This document shows, one piece after another, positions 57,047 through 64,000 of a stretch of 64,000 nt of DNA. The first letter of the stretch is position 1, and the number at the start of each line of letters is the position of its first letter. The stretch is from Terriglobia bacterium (GTDB lineage Bacteria; Acidobacteriota; Terriglobia; 20CM-2-55-15). The stretch is from NCBI GenBank assembly GCA_965198225.1, contig CBDAOY010000008.1:544001-608000 (forward strand), given 5' to 3'. The notes beneath the pieces are model-generated. The model had not been told where the DNA came from and did not search any database. It worked only from the letters and a program-made list of their open reading frames with translations. A program made the translations under genes and the position numbers.

Positions 57047-57105
57047 CCTTCTTCCCCTTCGTGAATATCGATACGACGATTCCTTACGAAAGTAACTCGA
57101 ATTGC

Positions 57106-57284
57106 TAGCCCGGATTATTCGTGGTTGTCGTCGCGAAGCGGTGGAGACGCCGCAGAGACAAGGCGCGCGACCGAGGCCCCCGGAGGCGTATATGACAATA
57201 CGTCGAGGAGGCCGACCGAGCGCAACGCCGTATCTGCGAGTGTATCCGCCGCTGCAGTAGACAATCCATGAATAATCCGGGCTA
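57106..57284. mobile_element. MITE-like element
   Basis: 15-bp terminal inverted repeats TAGCCCGGATTATTC / GAATAATCCGGGCTA; 179 bp; no ORF. Confidence 0.75.
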
Positions 57285-59762
57285 TTGCTTCTCGTTTGCC
57301 TCGGAGATGGGCTCCTGCGCCCGGCTCATCCGGAATGCCGGACTCTTCGCGATGCCCAGTATCAGCGAAGAAAAGCGGTTGTCGTTCGCCTTCGCCTCAC
57401 GGGCGATTGCCCGAATCGTCGGCATATCGAAGTACTCCACTCTGCGTCCGATCGCGAAGGCCAGCAGGTTCTCGGTCAGGGTGTTGATAAACGCGTCGGA
57501 ATACTTGAGGACGGCCTGACGCAGGCTGGCTGGTCCATCCAGAGGCGTTCCGTCATAGAGCTCGGTTGTCGGATCGATCGGGATGCCGCCGGTATGGATA
57601 CGCACCCCGCCGTCGCTGATCGTGTAGGTCTTATCCAGGACTCGCCACTCGCCCGTCACGTCGAAGTTCTCGAGCGCCAGACCCAGCGGATCGATCATCC
57701 GGTGACACGAGTTGCACGCCGGGTTTGCCCGATGCATCTCCATGCGGTCGCGAACCGGCAGAACCTTGCCCGAGGTGACCGCTTGGGTGTCGTCCAGACT
57801 GGGCACCGCCGGTGGCGGCGCAGGCGGCGGGGTGCCGAGTAGTACGCCCATGATCCACTTACCGCGGAGCACCGGCGAGGTTCTCTCGGCGTTGGATGTC
57901 AGCGCCAGTATTGCGGCTTTCCCGAGCAGGCCGCGCCGGTAGTCCTCCGCCAGCGTGACCTTGCGGAATCGCTGTCCGCGAACGTTCGGAACTCCATAGT
58001 GCATCGCCACACGCTCGTTGACGAACGTGTCTTCGGCTGTAATCAGGTCCAGGACGCTACGGTCTTCACGCACGATACTGTCGAAGAACAGCTCCGCTTC
58101 ACGCGTGAGCGCCAGGGCCAGCGTGTGGTCGAACTGCGGGTAGTAGTAGGGTTCGGGGTGGAAGTTCTCGAGATCGGGAAGATGGAGCCACAGGTTCGCG
58201 AACTTTGTCGACAGCCACAGGGAACTGGGATCGGCCAGCATGCGCCGCAGCTGGTCCTCGAGGACATTCTGATCTCCGAGTCGTCCCTGATCTGCAAGAT
58301 CGATCAACTCGTCGTCGGGAGGCTTTCCCCAGAGGAAGTACGAGAGTCGCGACGCCAGAGCCAGGTCGCCGATGTAGTAGTCCTGACCCGTTTCTGTCCC
58401 TTCGGGGAAACGTTCGAACTTGAACACGAAATCCGGACTCGTGAGCATCGCCTGTAGCGCCTCTCGGATGCCTGATTCGAAATCGCCGCCCGTTTCCCGG
58501 CCCTGGTCGTAGAAGAGCATGAGCCCTTCCATGTCTTCGTCGGTCACCGGCCGTCGGTAAGCCTTTCGCGCCAGTCGGCGGACGATCCGGGTGGCGCACG
58601 GGACCTCTTCGTCCGGGCCCAGGGGGCGGCACGTGAACACCCTTCGGCGCGGGGCCGAGTCCGACACACCCGACACACTGCGGGGGCCGCTGATCTCAAA
58701 CTCCCGGACATGAGCGTAAACGGTCAGCTCCCGGCCGTCGCCGGAATCGGTATCGATCAACGTATGCTGAATCTCCGCCATGTCATCCGGAACGATGAGG
58801 GTCTGCTTCTTGAGAAAAGCGGCCGAGACGCGGTGCGGACCCGTCTTCACGAAGATCGGACCCGTCGCGACGTTCAGGCCGCTGATCGAAGACGATTCCG
58901 ACAGTTCCGGATCGATAGGCAAGAGCGCGACACGCACTCCGTCGATCGACACCTCGATCTCTTCGTCGGGCGTGTTTCCGAACAGCTGACCGGTGGGAGT
59001 GCCATGCAGCATCGCACGGAAGTCGTACTCGCCATCCGCCGGGAAGTTGTATACGAGAGAGGTTCCGCCCCGCGTTCCGAACGGCGCGCCCGGCACCCTC
59101 ATCAACTGCGAACCCGTGCGGTTGACTTGGAAAACGGTGGACGAGGCTTCCGCCATCGGATCGCCCAGCGCCTCACGCATGATCTGGCCAGCGGCTCGCA
59201 TGTAGCCTTCCATCAGGGCGGCGGAGAACGTCTGCGAGTCGGCAATGTTGTCCAATCCCTCGCTCAGCGAATCGGCCGGTAGAAACTTGGCGACGTCGAC
59301 ATCGACTCCCAACAGGTCCCGTACCGAGTTGGCATATTCGTCGCTCGTGAGCCGCTGGAAAGGCCGGCTCCCCGGATTCGGACGGAGGGCCGCAGCCTGG
59401 TCGATCTGTAGTGCCAACGAAGCGGCCAAGGCTTCGGCGTCGCGGCCACTGGGCCGGACCTCGCCTGCCGGTGGCATCAGACCCGTCTTCAATTTGCGGA
59501 TCACTCTCTCGGCGAGCTCGGCGTTCTGCTCCGGATGTTCCAGGTCCAGACTTGTCAGCGTCATCTCTCCAAACCGGTCGCTCTCGTTGTGGCACCCGGA
59601 ACAATAGTCTGCGATGAAGGCGCGCTGCGCGGCGAGCGGCAGGATGGCGGCTTGGCTGGATCGACCCGACTGAGGTTGTGGACCTCCAGCCAGATCGCTG
59701 GCGCCCGTTGTGAGCAGACACACAACCGCGCTGCCCAGCATGACAAACGTGAATCGGGTCAT
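57282..59762 (-). CDS. Planctomycete-type cytochrome c with DUF1587/1592/1595/1588/1585
   Basis: CSGCH and CNSCH heme motifs, MPP, RLT..EY.NSVRDLLG, LASRLSYFLW, TSPVLRGKW. Confidence 0.9.
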   Translation of the reverse strand: MTRFTFVMLGSAVVCLLTTGASDLAGGPQPQSGRSSQAAILPLAAQRAFIADYCSGCHNESDRFGEMTLTSLDLEHPEQNAELAERVIRKLKTGLMPPAGEVRPSGRDAEALAASLALQIDQAAALRPNPGSRPFQRLTSDEYANSVRDLLGVDVDVAKFLPADSLSEGLDNIADSQTFSAALMEGYMRAAGQIMREALGDPMAEASSTVFQVNRTGSQLMRVPGAPFGTRGGTSLVYNFPADGEYDFRAMLHGTPTGQLFGNTPDEEIEVSIDGVRVALLPIDPELSESSSISGLNVATGPIFVKTGPHRVSAAFLKKQTLIVPDDMAEIQHTLIDTDSGDGRELTVYAHVREFEISGPRSVSGVSDSAPRRRVFTCRPLGPDEEVPCATRIVRRLARKAYRRPVTDEDMEGLMLFYDQGRETGGDFESGIREALQAMLTSPDFVFKFERFPEGTETGQDYYIGDLALASRLSYFLWGKPPDDELIDLADQGRLGDQNVLEDQLRRMLADPSSLWLSTKFANLWLHLPDLENFHPEPYYYPQFDHTLALALTREAELFFDSIVREDRSVLDLITAEDTFVNERVAMHYGVPNVRGQRFRKVTLAEDYRRGLLGKAAILALTSNAERTSPVLRGKWIMGVLLGTPPPAPPPAVPSLDDTQAVTSGKVLPVRDRMEMHRANPACNSCHRMIDPLGLALENFDVTGEWRVLDKTYTISDGGVRIHTGGIPIDPTTELYDGTPLDGPASLRQAVLKYSDAFINTLTENLLAFAIGRRVEYFDMPTIRAIAREAKANDNRFSSLILGIAKSPAFRMSRAQEPISEANEKQ

Positions 59763-60094
59763 GAGGCCCTGTTCTCCTCGCTCAACTTCCGGTCGAATAC
59801 AATCTGAATGCACACTCCGACGGATCGAATTGCTACCTTATTACCACTTGACAAGTGCAATAGCAAGAAAGGTTTGAGTCCCTCGTCACACACTGGCGGC
59901 CGGCCTGATGCCAGCTATCGCGCCAGCCGGCTCGATGATCCGAAACGGGTCCCCCTACAGAGAGAAAACTCCGTTGCTCCCAGCTCGGTGCGTCCCGATC
60001 CCTCGCTTGGTTTCTGCGATGCGTCCCCCCAGTTTGTGGCGGGACGTCCCCTTATTTAGTTGACCCGTTTGTGGAACAGGCCTATTTAATAACG

Positions 60095-60916
60095 ATGCTC
60101 AGCTTTCTCCTCGCATTTGCTCTGGGTCTGCCCGTCCAGATCCCGGACCGGACCCAGATTCAACCTCCGGGCGCGCGGCGGAGCCTCGAAGCCGGATTCA
60201 ATGTGATCGGGCAGCTCAGCTTTGAAAACGGCGCCGAGGCGACGATCGTCGAAATTCAACTCCGGGAGCCGGCCGGGTTGACCACAATCGACCGCACGAC
60301 CGCCACGATGGACGGGCGGTTCCAGTTCAACGGCGTCAGGCTGGGCCGTTACTGGGTCATCATCGAGAACGACCACTACCAGTGGATCAAGCACCAATTG
60401 GATGTCGACACTCGAAGCTTCGCCATGGTCAACCTGGACCTATCCCTCTACCCGAAGGCCACGCTGGGGGACGGAACCCCGGTGGTGAGTATCGAGGAGC
60501 TCAGGCGCGATATTCGGGACGATGCGGTGAAGAAACTGGACGAAGCCTTTCGAGAATTCCGGGATGACGATGCCGACAAAGGAATCGAGCGTCTGGCCGT
60601 CGAGGCGTTGCTGCGGCGGTTGGAACTGGCCAATCCGAGCGCCGAGGATCACTTCGTCCTCGGATCGTCCTACTACAGACTTGCGAGGCCTGCCGAAGCC
60701 GAGCAGAACCTGCTTCGGGCTGCCTCCCTGGCTCCGGAGGAAGCGGCGGGGGCTCGTCTCCAACTTTTCAACGTCTACATGCGGACGCGCCGGCCCGTCC
60801 AGGCGCTCGAGCAGGCGAACGCGTATCTCGAGGCGTTTCCGGATCACCCGAATCACGCGGCCATGAAGGAACGGGCCGACAAGATTCGGAAGGCGCTCCA
60901 GAACAATCGGAACTAG
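60095..60916 (+). CDS. Secreted carboxypeptidase-regulatory-like domain + TPR protein
   Basis: DGRFQFNGVRLGRY, VVSIEEL, TPR-like helices. Confidence 0.75.
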   Translation: MLSFLLAFALGLPVQIPDRTQIQPPGARRSLEAGFNVIGQLSFENGAEATIVEIQLREPAGLTTIDRTTATMDGRFQFNGVRLGRYWVIIENDHYQWIKHQLDVDTRSFAMVNLDLSLYPKATLGDGTPVVSIEELRRDIRDDAVKKLDEAFREFRDDDADKGIERLAVEALLRRLELANPSAEDHFVLGSSYYRLARPAEAEQNLLRAASLAPEEAAGARLQLFNVYMRTRRPVQALEQANAYLEAFPDHPNHAAMKERADKIRKALQNNRN

Positions 60917-60927
60917 GTCCGACGCGA

Positions 60928-63186
60928 GTGCCGATGCGAGGTCTCCTCTATCGATCGGTGGCCGGCCGACCACCGATGTCCCTATGGTTGACACTGCTTT
61001 GTCTTGCCTTTTTTCCCGCTTCGACGTTTGCGCAGCAGGGTGCCGACCCTTCCCGCATCGACTACGAAACCATACGAGCGGAGAGGGTGGTATCTGCGGT
61101 TCGAATCGATGAAGAAATCATCCTGGACGGCAGGTTGGATGAACCCGCCTGGAATCGTGCGACCCCGGCGGGGGACTTCATCCAGTGGCAGCCGAACCCC
61201 GGTGCGCCGGAAACCGAGCAGACCGAGGTACGTTTTCTTTACGACGACAACAATCTCTACGTCGGTGCATTCTGCTACGACTCGGAGCCCGACCGTTTGC
61301 TCGTCAACGAACTGAAGGAAGACTTCCAGGGCCAGGAGAGCGACGGGATGCTCCTGGTTTTCGACACGCTCCACGATCAGCGTTCCGGGTTCGTGTTCAC
61401 CACCAATCCGGCCGGTGCGAAGAGAGATTTTCAGGCCGCCAACGACGGTGAGTCGATGAACATCAACTGGGACGGCGAGTGGGAGGTCGAAACTACGGTA
61501 AACGGACGGGGCTGGATAGCGGAGTTCGTCATTCCATTCAAGACGGTGCGTTTCTCCGACGCAAAGCGACAGGTTTGGGGACTGAACATGGTTCGGCGGA
61601 TTCGGAGGAAGAACGAGGATTCCTACTGGGTGCCTGTTCCGTGGCCGTACCGCGGGAACAAGATCTCGATGGCCGGAACTCTTGACGGTCTGGAAGACAT
61701 CCAGCCGGGTCGCAACCTCAAGGTGAAGCCATTCGCGATCGCCGGTGTCCGGCAGACACGGTCGGAAGATGAGTTTCCCTCAGACACAGACTTCGACGGG
61801 GGACTGGATGTCAAGTACGGCATCACGTCGCAGCTGACGCTCGACCTGACCTACCGCACCGACTTCGCTCAGGTCGAAGTCGACCAGCAGCAGCTGAACC
61901 TGACCCGGTTCAACCTTTTTTTTCCGGAGAAGCGCGAGTTCTTCCTGGAGAACTCCGCAACCTTCAGTTTTGGGCAACCCATTGCCCTGTTCAGCGCCCG
62001 CGGCGCGGGTGGCCGGCGGCCCAACAACCTGATTCCGTTTTTCAGCCGTCGGATCGGACTGGCTTCGGACGGATCACCGATCCCGATCGTCGGCGGTGCC
62101 AGGATGTCGGGCACCGTCGGCAGCTACGATGTGGGACTGTTGACGATGAAGACCGAGAGTCGGAACGAAACCCCTTCGAACACCTTCACGGTCGGCCGGG
62201 TCAAGAAAAACCTGCTCCGAAACTCCTGGGTCGGCGCCCTGATTACGAACCGGGACTCGTCGGGACGGGATGACTACAACCGCGTTTACGGCGTCGACGC
62301 CCGGTTCCGGTTGTTCGAGAAGCTCGAAGTGGGCTCCTACCTGATGCGGAGCGACACTCCCGGCCTGTCCGGCGACGATCAGGCGCGGCAGGTCCAGGGT
62401 GGCTGGCGCGGTGAGACGTTCTCGGCCGGCGGGCTGTACCATCACGTGCAGAAGAACTTCAACCCCGAAGCGGGTTTCATCCGGCGCAGGGATACGACTC
62501 TCTATTCGGGCAGCGCGTCGTGGCGGCCGCGGCTGTCCTCAGCTCCCCAGGTTCGGAACCTTGGCTTGGGTATATCGCACGATTACTACTCCGACGGGGG
62601 TGGTGGAATCGCGACGAGAGAGGAGACGCTGAACGCCGGCGTGTTCTTCCACAACAGCTCGGCCATAAGCTTCGAGGCGTCGCGGAGGTTCGAGCGCCTG
62701 GCCGACGCCTTCCGCATCAGCGGAGACTTGTCAATTCCGGTCGGCGACTACCACTTTCGGAGTTACTCGGCGTCGTTCAATTCCAACAGAAGTCGGGCTG
62801 TCTCGGGAAACCTGAGCTTCGACTGGGGGGGATTCTGGAACGGAAATCGTAAATCGTTGAGCGGCGGCATGGCCCTTCGACCGAACTATCATCTGAACAT
62901 CGATCTGAACTACACGCGCAACAACGTTACGTTACCGAACGGGTCCTTTGCATCGAACCTGATCGGTACCCGATTCCTGTACGCATTGACGAGTAAGATG
63001 TTCTTCAACGCGTTCCTCCAGTACAACACCGACACCGACCGCTTCAGCTCGAACATCCGCTTCAACATCATCCACCACCCACTGAGCGACCTCTTCGTCG
63101 TCTACACCGACACCCGCGACACCATCTCAGGACGGCTCTTGGATCGAGCGTTCGTCGTCAAGTTCACGCAGTTACTCAGCTTCTAG
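60928..63186 (+). CDS. CBM9-like/DUF5916 outer-membrane protein
   Basis: LDGRLDEPAW, W.AEFVIPF, DFAQVEVD, FFPEKREFFLE, C-terminal Phe. Confidence 0.9.
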   Translation: MPMRGLLYRSVAGRPPMSLWLTLLCLAFFPASTFAQQGADPSRIDYETIRAERVVSAVRIDEEIILDGRLDEPAWNRATPAGDFIQWQPNPGAPETEQTEVRFLYDDNNLYVGAFCYDSEPDRLLVNELKEDFQGQESDGMLLVFDTLHDQRSGFVFTTNPAGAKRDFQAANDGESMNINWDGEWEVETTVNGRGWIAEFVIPFKTVRFSDAKRQVWGLNMVRRIRRKNEDSYWVPVPWPYRGNKISMAGTLDGLEDIQPGRNLKVKPFAIAGVRQTRSEDEFPSDTDFDGGLDVKYGITSQLTLDLTYRTDFAQVEVDQQQLNLTRFNLFFPEKREFFLENSATFSFGQPIALFSARGAGGRRPNNLIPFFSRRIGLASDGSPIPIVGGARMSGTVGSYDVGLLTMKTESRNETPSNTFTVGRVKKNLLRNSWVGALITNRDSSGRDDYNRVYGVDARFRLFEKLEVGSYLMRSDTPGLSGDDQARQVQGGWRGETFSAGGLYHHVQKNFNPEAGFIRRRDTTLYSGSASWRPRLSSAPQVRNLGLGISHDYYSDGGGGIATREETLNAGVFFHNSSAISFEASRRFERLADAFRISGDLSIPVGDYHFRSYSASFNSNRSRAVSGNLSFDWGGFWNGNRKSLSGGMALRPNYHLNIDLNYTRNNVTLPNGSFASNLIGTRFLYALTSKMFFNAFLQYNTDTDRFSSNIRFNIIHHPLSDLFVVYTDTRDTISGRLLDRAFVVKFTQLLSF

Positions 63187-63474
63187 CTGCCAAGTGCCAG
63201 TTGATTCTTTCTTGTCCTGGCCGCAATCTTGGACCTGAGATGAGGTTCAGCCGGGACCCGAAGTCCAATCCGGGAAACCACCGCCTGGCTCGGGCGATGA
63301 GTTCGGGGGAGCGTTTGTCGGGGACGGGTCTGTCCCTGGCCGACCCGCTGCAGTATCATACGCTTACACCAGTTTCACCGGGAATTTGCCTGCGCGTCCC
63401 GACAATGTCGACGATCGTTCGGCCGGATCCACCGGGCTTGACGCGCACGACGGTGGAACCTGCCGGTCGTAAAG

Positions 63475-64000
63475 ATGAAGTTTAGGCTGCTCGCCCTCTG
63501 TGCGCTCTTGTCCGGGTCTCTGCCCGCGAACTCCCAGACGATCCAGGTCGGCTACACGCTGGTGACAGCCACTGGAGGCACCGGAGTACCGGCCAGTTCC
63601 GCACTGTTCACGTTCGAAAACAGCGGCGTGCTGGTGAGCCAGGCCGGCGTGCCCGCGACCGCCCCCATGCTCTCGGGCCGGATCGTGGTGGACGAAGTTG
63701 TCACTCAGACCGCGCTGGCTCTGGTCAATCCATCGATCGCCTCGGCGAGCATCCAGTTCACGCTTCGCGACGCCGCGGGGAATCAGGTGGGGACGGAGAC
63801 TCGGAGTCTCGGGCCAGGACAGCACCTGGCCCTTTTCGTGTCGGAACTCTTTGCCAACATGCCTGCAGGTCTGCTCGGCAGCTTGACTTTTACCAGCGAT
63901 CAGGCTCTGGCACCCCTGACCTTGCGTCAGAGTATCAACAGCCGTGGAGAGCCCCTGTATGCGACCCTCCCGGTTGTCGATCTGACGACGGCAGCCGGAG
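63475..64000 (+). CDS. Secreted surface protein, 5' part (partial; missed by the ORF track)
   Basis: ATG 63475 is open to the window end: MKFRLLALCALL...VLVSQAGVPA...TALALVNP...GQHLALFVSELF...LYATLPV. Confidence 0.85.
   Translation, partial: MKFRLLALCALLSGSLPANSQTIQVGYTLVTATGGTGVPASSALFTFENSGVLVSQAGVPATAPMLSGRIVVDEVVTQTALALVNPSIASASIQFTLRDAAGNQVGTETRSLGPGQHLALFVSELFANMPAGLLGSLTFTSDQALAPLTLRQSINSRGEPLYATLPVVDLTTAAG

Noticed and set aside
54542-57064. 840-aa plus-strand ORF and similar long antisense ORFs (e.g. 50642-52267, 21772-23001, 4881-5978)
   Set aside because: Shadow ORFs opposite real genes in GC-rich DNA; no motifs, Arg/Gly-biased composition
60540-60640. Internal deletion in the TPR protein
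   Set aside because: The TPR register looks short here, but this cannot be supported without orthologs

Overview
GC-rich bacterial chromosomal window, probably Acidobacteriota (inferred from the acidobacterial-type VWA protein, pilin architecture and DUF1592/DUF1552/ankyrin and DUF5916 genes). 0.5-15.4 kb: type IV pilus locus (two paralogous pilins, lolA, pilCBMNO, a PilP-like protein, a Gly/Gln-rich minor pilin). Divergent from it are two O-antigen-ligase/TPR genes and NDP-amino-sugar genes, with overlapping back-to-back sigma54-like promoters, which suggests a dedicated pilin glycosylation system. 16-26 kb: acyl-CoA metabolism genes, idh, HU and OmpA. This stretch also holds a cysteine-free selenocysteine peroxiredoxin that the ORF track missed (in-frame TGA at the peroxidatic position plus a SECIS-like hairpin) and a stand-alone Cyc2-like mini-cytochrome. 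tRNA-Sec (selC) is at 29867-29964. 27-46 kb: a probable S9 pseudopeptidase, glycosyltransferases, an EAL/HDOD protein, dus, an MFS transporter, IDI-2 and peptidases. 46-54 kb is a decay hotspot: two +1 frameshifts, an IS903-type IS5 element without a target duplication truncating an S9 peptidase, and a RAYT fragment framed by inverted 36-bp-period repeats that cut an amidase. 54-60 kb: an uncharacterised diheme DUF1592/DUF1552/ankyrin-CxxC operon. Intergenic spaces carry many distinct short repeat families (REPs, REPINs, a MITE, 7-mer and 9-mer arrays), some translated inside genes. All calls come from manual motif recognition; no database searches were run.
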